Source of the DNA: Parcubacteria group bacterium | GTDB taxonomy: Bacteria > Patescibacteriota > Minisyncoccia > Minisyncoccales > UBA10102 | Assembly: GCA_016203945.1 (NCBI GenBank) | Contig: JACQLT010000001.1 | Coordinates: 6,645-70,644 of the forward strand | Length of the DNA stretch: 64,000 nt | Direction: 5' to 3' | In this document: one piece after another, positions 25,731-34,414 of the stretch | Position numbering within the stretch: position 1 is the first letter of the stretch | Layout: each line of letters begins with the position of its first letter | Notes under the pieces: model-generated | Told to the model about the DNA's origin: nothing | The model's input: only the letters and a program-made list of their open reading frames with translations | Databases searched by the model: none | Program-made: the position numbers and the translations under genes

Positions 25731-26140
25731 ACTGGTTGCCGCGTGATGATGGTGGTTTTCACCCCCAGCTTGCCAGCTGCCATCTTCAAAGCTTCCCTGG
25801 CCTGGTCTTCCGGGAGCCCTTCAATCTCAAAAATGATGCGTCCGGGACGCAACGGGTATACGTAGTGGTCCACCGATCCCTTGCCTCCGCCCATGGGCGT
25901 CTCAGCTCCCTTTTTGGTGACGGGCTTGTCCGGGAATATGCGGATCCACATCTTTCCTCCTTTCCTCAGGAATCGGACGATCACGCGCCTTCCTGCTTCA
26001 AGCTGACGGGCCGTGATCCATTTCGCTTCCAGGCCTTTCAGCCCGTAGCTTCCGTGCACCAAGAGGGTGCCCCGCGAATCCGGCAGGGCAGAAGCCCGCT
26101 TTCGCCACTTTCTGTGTTTTACCCGCTTTGGAGTCAACAT
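25727..26140 (-). CDS. rplP: 50S ribosomal protein L16
   Basis: MLTPKRVKHRK...MGGGKGSVDHYV. Confidence 0.93.
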   Translation of the reverse strand: MLTPKRVKHRKWRKRASALPDSRGTLLVHGSYGLKGLEAKWITARQLEAGRRVIVRFLRKGGKMWIRIFPDKPVTKKGAETPMGGGKGSVDHYVYPLRPGRIIFEIEGLPEDQAREALKMAAGKLGVKTTIITRQPV

Positions 26141-26165
26141 AAATATTTAAGGTAAACCATATTGG

Positions 26166-26807
26166 TTATGCTCTTTCTCCCTTATACATCCATACCTTTA
26201 CCCCGATGGTTCCATAGGTAGTCTGCGCTTCAGCTTGCGCGTAGTCAATGTCAGACCGAAGCGTCTGTAAGGGCAGTGTCCCTTTTCTCAGCTGCTCCCG
26301 CCTTCCGATTTCAGCCCCTCCGAGACGACCCGATACCTCCACTTTCGCTCCTTGCACCTCCTTGTTTGCCATCATCTTTTCTACGACCTGCCTCAAGGTC
26401 CTCCGATGAGGCATGCGCTTCTCCAACTGTTGAGCGACCCACTGTGCGCACAGGGGAGCCGATACCCAGGGGTTCCTGATCTCCCGAATCTCCAAACGGA
26501 TCTCGGTCTTCTTATTTTGTATCCCCAAAAGCTTCCTGAGGCTGTTTCGCACCTCTTCAATGCCAGATCCTCCCCTTCCGATCACCAGCCCGGGGCGCGC
26601 GGTGTTTATGATCACCGTAATCTTGTTCGCTGACCGTTCAATTTCAACTCCTTCCAGACTGCTCTCCTTGAACCGTTTTTCCAGGAACGTGCGGACGGCA
26701 AAATCCTCTGCCAGAAGCTGAGGCATGCGTCTGACATTCATCCACCGGCTCTGCCAAGAGCCTGTTTCATGAAGGCGAAATGATTTTGGATGCACTTTAT
26801 GCGCCAT
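26166..26807 (-). CDS. rpsC: 30S ribosomal protein S3
   Basis: MAHKVHPKSFRL..., KH domain GRGGSGIEE. Confidence 0.93.
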   Translation of the reverse strand: MAHKVHPKSFRLHETGSWQSRWMNVRRMPQLLAEDFAVRTFLEKRFKESSLEGVEIERSANKITVIINTARPGLVIGRGGSGIEEVRNSLRKLLGIQNKKTEIRLEIREIRNPWVSAPLCAQWVAQQLEKRMPHRRTLRQVVEKMMANKEVQGAKVEVSGRLGGAEIGRREQLRKGTLPLQTLRSDIDYAQAEAQTTYGTIGVKVWMYKGERA

Positions 26808-26815
26808 AAATAAAA

Positions 26816-27328
26816 TTATATGCTCTTCCTTCTGAACATGCGTCTCATCCCTTGTTCTTTTTTCGGTACCTCCTTTCGTGTCATAGCTCGTGGAATCTGT
26901 TTTCTGGATTCGTCTTTCATCGTCTGTTCCTGCTCATCTTGAACTTCCTGCGCCTCTTGCACTGCTTTGGATTCCTGCTTTTTCTCTTTTAATTCTTCGC
27001 GGGATCCCAGCACCAAGGTAATGTGTGAGGTCTTCTTTTGAATCTCGAAGGCCTGGCCGCGCGAGCGTGCCCTCCGGCGCTTTAGCTTAGAACCTTCATC
27101 TACGGTAAGCTTCTCAATATACATCTGATTCTCCTGAACTTCAAAACGTAGCTTTGCTGCGGCTGCAGCTGCCTTCAGAAGTTTGGAGAAGGAATCGGTC
27201 CCTTTCTTGGTGGTAAAGCGCAAAATCGCCTCAGCTTCTCTGATGCTTTTTCCCCGGATCAAATCTGCCACGAGGCGGACCTTTCTGGGAGCTATTCTTA
27301 GGTTGCGTAATGTTGCGGATGATTGCAT
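26816..27328 (-). CDS. rplV: 50S ribosomal protein L22 with acidic/basic C-terminal extension
   Basis: Start at MQSSATLRNLRIAPRKVRLVADLIRG; ORF-track start 27451 overlaps rpsS. Confidence 0.88.
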   Translation of the reverse strand: MQSSATLRNLRIAPRKVRLVADLIRGKSIREAEAILRFTTKKGTDSFSKLLKAAAAAAKLRFEVQENQMYIEKLTVDEGSKLKRRRARSRGQAFEIQKKTSHITLVLGSREELKEKKQESKAVQEAQEVQDEQEQTMKDESRKQIPRAMTRKEVPKKEQGMRRMFRRKSI

Positions 27329-27332
27329 GGGA

Positions 27333-27716
27333 TTATTTTCCGCCAGAGGCGGATCCGTCTTTGGCGGACTTTCCTTCTGCTGACGCAGCTGTGGTTGCTG
27401 CCGCTGCCGCCTGTTGCCCTTGCTCAAGTTCCTTCTGGATCCTTCCTCCATGCTTGCCGAACTTAGTGGAGGGAGAAAACTCTCCCAACCTATGGCCTAC
27501 CATTTCTTCAACCACGAGCACGGGAATAAAATCCTTCCCGTTGTGCACGCCAAAGGAAAATCCGATCATGTCGGGAGTGATGGTAGCAGCCCTGCTCCAG
27601 GTCTTTATCACGGTCTTGCCTGCCTTGCCGTCAGGCAGGTCCCCTGACTTGAGCTTTTTGACCTTGAGCATGAGCTTCTCGTCTATATACGGGCCTTTTT
27701 TGAGTGATCGAGCCAT
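27333..27716 (-). CDS. rpsS: 30S ribosomal protein S19 carrying two in-frame hairpin elements
   Basis: MARSLKKGPYID...TWSR...VHNGK...EMVGHRLGEF; 7-aa LPDGKAG insertion and Ala/Gly-rich C-terminal extension. Confidence 0.92.
   Translation of the reverse strand: MARSLKKGPYIDEKLMLKVKKLKSGDLPDGKAGKTVIKTWSRAATITPDMIGFSFGVHNGKDFIPVLVVEEMVGHRLGEFSPSTKFGKHGGRIQKELEQGQQAAAAATTAASAEGKSAKDGSASGGK
27339..27368 (-). repeat. family A element, rpsS 3'-end copy
   Basis: tccgccagaggcgga|tccgtctttggcgga; encodes SAKDGSASGG just before stop. Confidence 0.75.
27619..27639 (-). repeat. family B 21-nt in-frame hairpin element, rpsS copy
   Basis: cctgccttgccgtcaggcagg; encodes LPDGKAG; identical to 44222-44242. 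Confidence 0.85.
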
Positions 27717-27722
27717 ATTGAA

Positions 27723-28502
27723 TTATTTGTTCTTCTTTTTTCTCCTTTCCAGTATCAGCTTGTTTGTCCATTTCTTTCTATTTCTGGTCTTGACGCCAAG
27801 GGCGTGCTTTCCCCACGGGGTCTTCGGATACCTCAATCCGATGGGTTGCCTCCCTTCTCCTCCTCCGTGCGGGTGATCAACCGGGTTCATGGCGGTCCCT
27901 CTAACGTGAGGCCGTCTGCCCTTCCTTCTTTGCGATCCCGCTTTTCCGATGACCTTATACCTGTGTTCCGGATTGGAAACAGCTCCGATGGAGGCAAACC
28001 CGCGCTCGTCCACTTTGCGTATTTCAGAAGAGGGCATGCCAAGATGCGCGTATCCTCCTTCGTGAGCAAGCAGGGTGGCGCTAGACCCCGCGCTTCGCGC
28101 CATTCTGCCTCCTCTTCCGGGTTCCAGCTCAACTGAATACACCTGGGTTCCGACAGAAATATTCGAAAGCCGCATGCGGTTCCCTGGCCGAACTTCGGTC
28201 TTCTCCGCGCACAGCACCTCTTGCCCGGTTTCCATGCCGTGGGCGGCAAGCAGATATCCTTTGTTTCCGTCTTCGTACTGCACAAAGGCGAGAAAGGCAG
28301 TGCGGTTGGGATCATACTCAATCCCAACGACCTTCCCTTTCACGTCCATATGCTCCTGTCCGAAATCAACCTGGCGCCACAGCTTGCGCAACCCTCCTCC
28401 CCGATGGCGGATCGTAATCCTGCCCTGCGCGTTCCTGCCTCCGTGCTTTTGCAAAGATACGAGCAGACTCTTCTCTGGTTTTTTCCTGTCTATGACAGCC
28501 AT
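27723..28502 (-). CDS. rplB: 50S ribosomal protein L2
   Basis: RHRGGG, GTAMNPVDHPHGGGEG motifs; start at MAVIDRKKP. Confidence 0.93.
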   Translation of the reverse strand: MAVIDRKKPEKSLLVSLQKHGGRNAQGRITIRHRGGGLRKLWRQVDFGQEHMDVKGKVVGIEYDPNRTAFLAFVQYEDGNKGYLLAAHGMETGQEVLCAEKTEVRPGNRMRLSNISVGTQVYSVELEPGRGGRMARSAGSSATLLAHEGGYAHLGMPSSEIRKVDERGFASIGAVSNPEHRYKVIGKAGSQRRKGRRPHVRGTAMNPVDHPHGGGEGRQPIGLRYPKTPWGKHALGVKTRNRKKWTNKLILERRKKKNK

Positions 28503-28506
28503 AATG

Positions 28507-28899
28507 TTAACGAGGAAGCACCTCAATAGTATGACCCTCTGCCAGCTTCACGATTGCCTTGCGGAATCCGGATTTCTCCCCTATGCGCCTTCCCACTCTC
28601 CTCTTCTTTGCAGGCATCGTGCTTGTCCTTACGCGTGCGACTTTCACTCTGTATCGTTCTTCCACGGCGGCCTTGATCTGGCGCTTGTTGGCTTCGGAAG
28701 AAACTACAAACACGTATTCGTTGCGTTCAGCCAGTATCCCCGCCTTCTCTGAAATGTGTGGGCGCCGCAGCACGTACGCCAAAGCTCCCGCGGTATCAGA
28801 AATAACTTGAAGTTCGTGGGCTGCTTCTTTTTTCTCTTCCTTGCTCTCCGTAGCCTTGGCGGAGGAGGGTTCCTTTTTCTTGAAAATATTGAATGCCAT
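28507..28899 (-). CDS. rplW: 50S ribosomal protein L23 with N-terminal extension
   Basis: L23 core LRRPHISEKA...YVFVV; about 35 extra Lys/Glu-rich N-terminal residues. Confidence 0.85.
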   Translation of the reverse strand: MAFNIFKKKEPSSAKATESKEEKKEAAHELQVISDTAGALAYVLRRPHISEKAGILAERNEYVFVVSSEANKRQIKAAVEERYRVKVARVRTSTMPAKKRRVGRRIGEKSGFRKAIVKLAEGHTIEVLPR

Positions 28900-28903
28900 A
28901 CTA

Positions 28904-29539
28904 TTATTTCACAAATGTGGTCTTGATCACCTCTATGGTCTCTTTCGGCATCACCAAAGAATGGAAGGATAGGACATCCAGCGCATTCAGGTCTTTTGCC
29001 TGCATGGTTTGAACGTTCGGAAGATTGTTTGCACTCTGGATGATATTGCGTTCCATGCCAGGCAACACGAGCATTGCCTTTGCCGTTTTCTTCTGCAGCG
29101 GCAGTTGTTTGAAGGTCTGGGTTAAGATCTTTGCTTTCGCGGAACCTGCGTGCAGTTCGTCTAGTATGATAATCTGACTGCGCCTTGCCTTTTCGGAAAG
29201 CGCCATGAACAGCGCCTTCCTCCTCAACTTCTTGTTTATTTTCTGCAAAAACACCTTGTCTTTGCGGGGGCCGAACGTAATGCCTCCTCCCCTCCACAAA
29301 GGAGAGCGGATGCTGCCCGCTCGCGCCCTGCCCGTGCCCTTCTGGCGCCACGGCTTCTTTCCTCCTCCCGAGACCTCTCTGCGATCTTTGGTGTGGGCCA
29401 ACGTCTGCCTGCGATTTGCCATCTGGGAGATCACAACCTGGTGCAAAGCATCTTGCTGCAAAGCAACCTCAAAGATTTCCTTGGGAAGCTCTACCTGGCC
29501 CACTTCTTTGCCTTCCTGGTTGTATACCGGCGTCTTCAT
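28904..29539 (-). CDS. rplD: 50S ribosomal protein L4
   Basis: Start MKTPVYNQEGKEVG; GGGKKPWRQKGTGRAR motif. Confidence 0.92.
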   Translation of the reverse strand: MKTPVYNQEGKEVGQVELPKEIFEVALQQDALHQVVISQMANRRQTLAHTKDRREVSGGGKKPWRQKGTGRARAGSIRSPLWRGGGITFGPRKDKVFLQKINKKLRRKALFMALSEKARRSQIIILDELHAGSAKAKILTQTFKQLPLQKKTAKAMLVLPGMERNIIQSANNLPNVQTMQAKDLNALDVLSFHSLVMPKETIEVIKTTFVK

Positions 29540-29540
29540 A

Positions 29541-30101
29541 TTACAATGAGCGGATTTCCAACAGCGTTCCTTTGGCTCCGGGCAATGCACCCCGTACCGC
29601 CAGGAGGTTGTTTGCCGCATCCACCTTCATGATCTCCAAGTTCTTTACGGTGACGCGATCTGCTCCCATGTGGCCCGGCATGCGCTTTCCCTTTACCACG
29701 CGCTGAGGAAAGCGGCCGCCCACAGAGCCCAGCGTACGGTGTTCGTGCTTCACTCCGTGGGTCGCGTTTCTTCCGGAAAATCCGTGTCGTTTCACGGCAC
29801 CCTGGAATCCCTTACCCTTGGAAATACCTGAAATCTTCACCTTGTCGCCTTCCTGAAATGCCGAAACCGAAATCTCTTGTCCGACCTCAGCATCAAAGCC
29901 GTTTTTGAATTCCCGAAGGAACTGATATTTGCCCTTTTTTCCCTTGCGCCCCAATTGAACCGCCTCATACCCGTCTGTATCTTTTGTGCGAATGCGCACC
30001 ACTGTGCAGGGGGCAGCTTCAATCAGGGTAACAGGAAACACTCTTCCGTCTGCATGAAAGATTTGAGTCATTCCTACTTTTTTTCCTAGTAATGTCTTCA
30101 T
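29541..30101 (-). CDS. rplC: 50S ribosomal protein L3
   Basis: LLGKKVGMTQIF...; ATG 30101 preferred over TTG 30116. Confidence 0.9.
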   Translation of the reverse strand: MKTLLGKKVGMTQIFHADGRVFPVTLIEAAPCTVVRIRTKDTDGYEAVQLGRKGKKGKYQFLREFKNGFDAEVGQEISVSAFQEGDKVKISGISKGKGFQGAVKRHGFSGRNATHGVKHEHRTLGSVGGRFPQRVVKGKRMPGHMGADRVTVKNLEIMKVDAANNLLAVRGALPGAKGTLLEIRSL

Positions 30102-30196
30102 ATCTATTTGCAACAAAAGACCGGGTACTCACCCGGCCAACACCGCGAGTACTCGGACAATCAATTCCTTATGAGGCTGCGCTCCACATCCCCATA
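30102..30196 (-). promoter_or_regulatory. rplC 5' leader with terminator/antiterminator-like elements
   Basis: ccgggtgagtacccgg + tcttttgtt 10 nt before ATG; upstream cgagtactcg can pair with gagtac of the hairpin. Confidence 0.4.
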
Positions 30197-30202
30197 CAAA
30201 CC

Positions 30203-30231
30203 AGTGTAGAAAACTTCCGCCCAAATGTCAA
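30203..30231 (-). promoter_or_regulatory. internal promoter for rplC-rplD... operon
   Basis: TTGACA-17-TACACT; phased A-tracts upstream. Confidence 0.55.
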
Positions 30232-30293
30232 CACCTTCTTGCACCTTCTTGTCCGGGACAAGGAAAAACAAGGAAAAAAACAAGGATAGAACC

Positions 30294-30314
30294 AAAACGC
30301 CCCTTTCGGGGGCG
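30294..30314 (-). terminator. intrinsic terminator after rpsJ
   Basis: cgcccc-cgaaa-ggggcg followed by TTTT on minus strand. Confidence 0.65.
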
Positions 30315-30359
30315 CTGGCTTCCCGCTCATCCTTGACTCAGTCAAGGATGAGTCAAGGA

Positions 30360-30698
30360 TTAGACGGTTTTGATTTCGATGTCTACTCCGGCCGGCAAAT
30401 TGAGGTTTCCTAAGGCGTCGATGACTTTGGGATTCGGATTAAGAATGTCTATGAGGCGCTTGTGCACTCTCATCTCAAACTGCTCCCGAGCATCCTTGTG
30501 CACGAAGGAAGAGCGGTTGACGGTGTATTTCTTGATCTCGGTGGGAAGGGGTACGGGACCTACGATTTGACATCCCTGGCGCAAGACGGCTTCCGCGATC
30601 TGCTTGCAGGAAGCGTCAATAACCTTGTGGTCGTATGCCACAATGCGGATTCGTAGTTTCTGTGAAAGAGCTTCTTTTTCTGCCCGCTTTGCCACCAT
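30360..30698 (-). CDS. rpsJ: 30S ribosomal protein S10
   Basis: [15 protein letters not shown]...GPVPLPT. Confidence 0.93.
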   Translation of the reverse strand: MVAKRAEKEALSQKLRIRIVAYDHKVIDASCKQIAEAVLRQGCQIVGPVPLPTEIKKYTVNRSSFVHKDAREQFEMRVHKRLIDILNPNPKVIDALGNLNLPAGVDIEIKTV

Positions 30699-30716
30699 CC
30701 CGTCTTGAGTTTTTTG

Positions 30717-31913
30717 TTACTTGATGATCTTGGTTACCACTCCGGCTCCCACGGTCTTGCCTCCTTCGCGGATGGCGAACCGCTGTTGTTCCTCCATAGC
30801 GATGGACTGAATGAGCTTAATGGTCATCTTGACCGTGTCTCCGGGCATCACCATTTCAGTACCCTGGGGAAGGGTCGCCTCTCCGGTCACGTCCGTGGTA
30901 CGGAAGTAGAACTGGGGCTTGTAGCCGGTGAAGAATGGCGTGTGCCTTCCTCCTTCTTCCTTGGTGAGAATATAGACCTCTGCCTCAAAATCCGAGTGGG
31001 GTGTGATGGAACCCGGCTTTGCCAATACCTGGCCTCGTTCCACATCTTCTTTCTTCAGTCCGCGCAAGAGAATACCCACGTTGTCTCCGGCTCGGGTCTC
31101 GTCCAAGGTCTTGTTGAACATTTCCATGGATACAACCACGGTCTTTTGGGTAGGCTTCAATCCAACAACCTCCAACTCGTCGTTTGCCTTCACTTGGCCT
31201 CGCTCCACCCGGCCCGTAACCACGGTTCCCCGTCCTTCAATGGAAAAGACGTCTTCTGCTGCCATGAGGAAGGGCTTGTCTATTTCGCGCTTGGGCTCTG
31301 GAATATGCTGGTCTACGGCTGCCATGAGTTCAATGACTTTCTTGACCCATTCGTCGTCAGCAGATTTCCCTTCCAATGCCTTGAGAGCCGAACCTCGGAT
31401 CACGGGAATCGTGTCGCCGGGAAACTGGTACTTTTTTAAGAGTTCTCTCACTTCTGACTCCACGAGATCCACGATCTCAGGATCATCCACCATGTCGGTC
31501 TTGTTCAGGAATACCACGAGCGCTGGCAATCCTACCTGGCGAGCCAAGAGGATGTGCTCTCTGGTCTGCGGCATAGGGCCGTCAGGAGCTGACACCACCA
31601 AAATGGCGCCGTCCATTTGGGCAGCTCCCGTAATCATGTTCTTGATGTAGTCCGCGTGCCCGGGAGCGTCAATGTGCGCGTAGTGGCGGTTTGCGGTCTC
31701 GTACTCTGAGTGGTGAAGGGCGATGGTGATTCCTCGCTGGCGCTCTTCTGGGGCGTTGTCAATATCGGTGACGCTTTCTGCCTTTACCTTGTTGCCGGCC
31801 AACGCCAAAGAATGCAGGATGGCTGCGGTCAAGGTGGTTTTGCCGTGGTCCACGTGTCCGATGGTCCCGATGTTTACGTGCGGCTTTGTTCGCTCAAATT
31901 TTTCTGCTGCCAT
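30717..31913 (-). CDS. tuf: elongation factor Tu
   Basis: [19 protein letters not shown] motifs; 398 aa. Confidence 0.97.
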   Translation of the reverse strand: MAAEKFERTKPHVNIGTIGHVDHGKTTLTAAILHSLALAGNKVKAESVTDIDNAPEERQRGITIALHHSEYETANRHYAHIDAPGHADYIKNMITGAAQMDGAILVVSAPDGPMPQTREHILLARQVGLPALVVFLNKTDMVDDPEIVDLVESEVRELLKKYQFPGDTIPVIRGSALKALEGKSADDEWVKKVIELMAAVDQHIPEPKREIDKPFLMAAEDVFSIEGRGTVVTGRVERGQVKANDELEVVGLKPTQKTVVVSMEMFNKTLDETRAGDNVGILLRGLKKEDVERGQVLAKPGSITPHSDFEAEVYILTKEEGGRHTPFFTGYKPQFYFRTTDVTGEATLPQGTEMVMPGDTVKMTIKLIQSIAMEEQQRFAIREGGKTVGAGVVTKIIK

Positions 31914-31962
31914 GATGGTTGTTGATTTAGCTTATTTATATCTATTTATATCGCCTACGCTA

Positions 31963-32187
31963 TCATTCTATCGGCAAATCGTCAAGGGTAAACTCTTCTT
32001 CGGGCGGCTGCGCTGTATCGTTCTCCATGCCGTTGTTTCCGTTATTCCCATTGAGAGCACGATTCATCCCCAGCCCCTGCCTATCGTATTCTTCGAAGGG
32101 AAGGATGACGAGGGTCGGCTTTCCGTCTTCCACGATAATAACCCGCTCTCCGTTTCTGATGAGGTGTTTGACGTCTTTCAAGTCCAT
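31963..32187 (-). CDS. small Phd/YefM-like antitoxin-fold protein with acidic tail
   Basis: 74 aa; ERVIIVEDGKPTLVILPFEEY resembles Phd/YefM core; Asn/Gly linker; tail EEEFTLDDLPIE; ATG 1 nt after fusA stop. Confidence 0.45.
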   Translation of the reverse strand: MDLKDVKHLIRNGERVIIVEDGKPTLVILPFEEYDRQGLGMNRALNGNNGNNGMENDTAQPPEEEFTLDDLPIE

Positions 32188-32188
32188 G

Positions 32189-34297
32189 TTACCTGCGCTT
32201 TCCCTCAATAATCTCCTGGGCGATAGAGGGAGGAACTTCCTCGTATCGGTCAAACTCCATGGTAAATGTCCCTCGTCCCTCTGTCAATGAGCGGAGAGAG
32301 GTGGCATACCCGAACATTTCAGAAAGGGGTACCTTGGCGTGCACTATCTTCATCTGCAGCCGATCTTCGGTGTCCTGAATGGCAGCCCTCTTTGCAGAAA
32401 GGTCCCCGATGACGTCTCCGAAGAAATCAGCAGGGATTAACACCTCAAGCGCCATGATGGGCTCGAGCAGCACGGTCTGCGCCTTCCTGGCCGCCGCCTG
32501 CAGAGCCATGGAGGCTGCGATCTTAAAAGCGATTTCTGAAGAATCCACGTCGTGATAGCTGCCGTCAAAGAGCGTTGCCTGCACGTCAATCATAGGGTAT
32601 CCGGCGAGCACGCCTTTGTCCAATGCTTCCTTCACTCCTTTTTCCACCGCGGGAATGTACTCCCGGGGAATTGATCCTCCTTTGATTTCATCTACGAACT
32701 CAAATCCCTCCCCTCTCAACTTCGGAGCAAGTTTGAGCCATACGTGTCCGTATTGGCCGCGGCCTCCAGACTGCTTGATGTATTTGCCCTCGGCCTCTTC
32801 TTCCTTTTTGATGGTTTCTTTGTAGGCAACCTGGGGGCGGCCGATGTTCGCCTCCACGTTAAACTCGCGCTTCATGCGGTCCACAATGATTTCCAAATGA
32901 AGCTCTCCCATGCCAGCGATAAGGGTTTCTCCTGTTTCCATGTCAGAGCGAACCCTGAATGTCGGGTCCTCGTCAGAAAGGCGCTTGAGGGACATACCCA
33001 TGCGCTCCTGGTCGGCTTTGGTCTTGGGCTCAATGCGAATGGAGATGACGGGCTCGGGGAACGAAATCTGTTCTAAGAGTAAGGGAGCCTGCTCGTCGCT
33101 GAGCGTGTGTCCCGTGGACGTGTTCTTGAGGCCGATGGTGGCTGCAATGTCTCCTGCATAGAGATCTTCCACTTCTTCCCGTTCGGCTGCATGCATACGC
33201 AGTATCCTGCTGATGCGCTCTTTTTCCTGGGTCGTAGTATTCAAAATGTACGAACCCTTCTTGAGCGTGCCCGAATACACCCTAAAGTACGTGAGGGTGC
33301 CGACGTACGGGTCTGAAGCCACTTTAAACGCAAGAGCTGAGAAGTGTTCTTCATCTAAGGGTTTGCGCTCTTCTTCTGCTCCGGTTTTTGGATTCGTGCC
33401 CTTGACCGGAGGAAGATCGGCGGGGCTGGGAAGGTAATCGGCTACCCCGTCCAGCACAAGCTGCACTCCCTTGTTCTTCAGGGATGACCCGCAGAATACG
33501 GGGACCAATGTTCCCGTCAGGGTCCCCTTGCGGATGACGCGCTTTACATCCTCGACCTTGAGTTCTTCTCCTGCCAGATAGGCTGCAAGAAGCTGTTCGT
33601 CTTCTCCCGCTATCTTTTCCAGCAGTCGGCTCCGCCATTCCTTGGCTGACTCTACATACTCTGCCGGAATGTCGCGCTCCTCCACTTGGCGCCCCATTTC
33701 TCCTTCAAAGAAGTATGCCTTCTGCCTCAGAAGGTCAATGATGCCTTCAAACTTCTCTTCTTCCCCAATCGGAATCTGCAAAGCTATTGCGTTGGGAGTG
33801 AGTTTCGTGAATACGGAGTTCAGGCTCTTCTCAAAGGACCCTCCCATGCGATCCAATTTGTTGATAAAACAGATGCGGGGAACGTGGAACTTGTCCGCCT
33901 GGTGCCATACGGTTTCAGACTGGGGCTCCACTCCTGCCACGCCGTCAAACACGACAACGGCCCCGTCCAGCACGCGCAGGGAACGCTGCACTTCTGCGGT
34001 AAAATCAATGTGGCCGGGGGTGTCAATGATGTTGATGCGGTATTCATTGCTCTTGGAACGATCCTGAACATACGTGGGCGTCCAGAAGCAAGTCGTCGCG
34101 GCCGAGGTAATGGTGATGCCGCGCTCGCGCTCCTGAGCCATCCAGTCCATGATAGCCGCCCCCTCGTGCACCTCCCCTATCTTGTGGGAAATGCCCGTGT
34201 AAAACAAAATGCGCTCGGTTGTCGTTGTTTTCCCGGCGTCAATGTGCGCGATGATTCCGATATTCCGGTATTTTTCTATGGGATATTGTCTGGGCAT
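32189..34297 (-). CDS. fusA: elongation factor G
   Basis: [18 protein letters not shown] motifs; 702 aa. Confidence 0.97.
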   Translation of the reverse strand: MPRQYPIEKYRNIGIIAHIDAGKTTTTERILFYTGISHKIGEVHEGAAIMDWMAQERERGITITSAATTCFWTPTYVQDRSKSNEYRINIIDTPGHIDFTAEVQRSLRVLDGAVVVFDGVAGVEPQSETVWHQADKFHVPRICFINKLDRMGGSFEKSLNSVFTKLTPNAIALQIPIGEEEKFEGIIDLLRQKAYFFEGEMGRQVEERDIPAEYVESAKEWRSRLLEKIAGEDEQLLAAYLAGEELKVEDVKRVIRKGTLTGTLVPVFCGSSLKNKGVQLVLDGVADYLPSPADLPPVKGTNPKTGAEEERKPLDEEHFSALAFKVASDPYVGTLTYFRVYSGTLKKGSYILNTTTQEKERISRILRMHAAEREEVEDLYAGDIAATIGLKNTSTGHTLSDEQAPLLLEQISFPEPVISIRIEPKTKADQERMGMSLKRLSDEDPTFRVRSDMETGETLIAGMGELHLEIIVDRMKREFNVEANIGRPQVAYKETIKKEEEAEGKYIKQSGGRGQYGHVWLKLAPKLRGEGFEFVDEIKGGSIPREYIPAVEKGVKEALDKGVLAGYPMIDVQATLFDGSYHDVDSSEIAFKIAASMALQAAARKAQTVLLEPIMALEVLIPADFFGDVIGDLSAKRAAIQDTEDRLQMKIVHAKVPLSEMFGYATSLRSLTEGRGTFTMEFDRYEEVPPSIAQEIIEGKRR

Positions 34298-34303
34298 ACT
34301 TAT

Positions 34304-34319
34304 GCGAAATGAGCAAATG
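34304..34319 (-). repeat. 16-nt direct repeat copy A' just upstream of fusA ATG
   Basis: gcgaaatgagcaaatg, identical to 34419-34434 (last codons of rpsG). Confidence 0.9.
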
Positions 34320-34414
34320 TCGCTTCGCTCCTTAATAACCTTCGGTTTTTAATATTTTTCCACCACGGGAGGATACCCAATCCTCCCGACCCCTCCTGTG
34401 ATTTGCTCATTTCA

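Noticed and set aside
30259-30290. CRISPR-like or tandem-repeat array
   Set aside because: The units are only ~10-12 nt, with no spacers and no cas genes. I interpret them as phased A-tracts. No CRISPR array, IS element, integrase or prophage gene was seen anywhere in the window.
31933-31951. Tandem TATTTATAT repeat upstream of tuf as a dedicated tuf promoter
   Set aside because: I could not find a convincing -35 box or TG extension at proper spacing. It may just be an AT-rich spacer.
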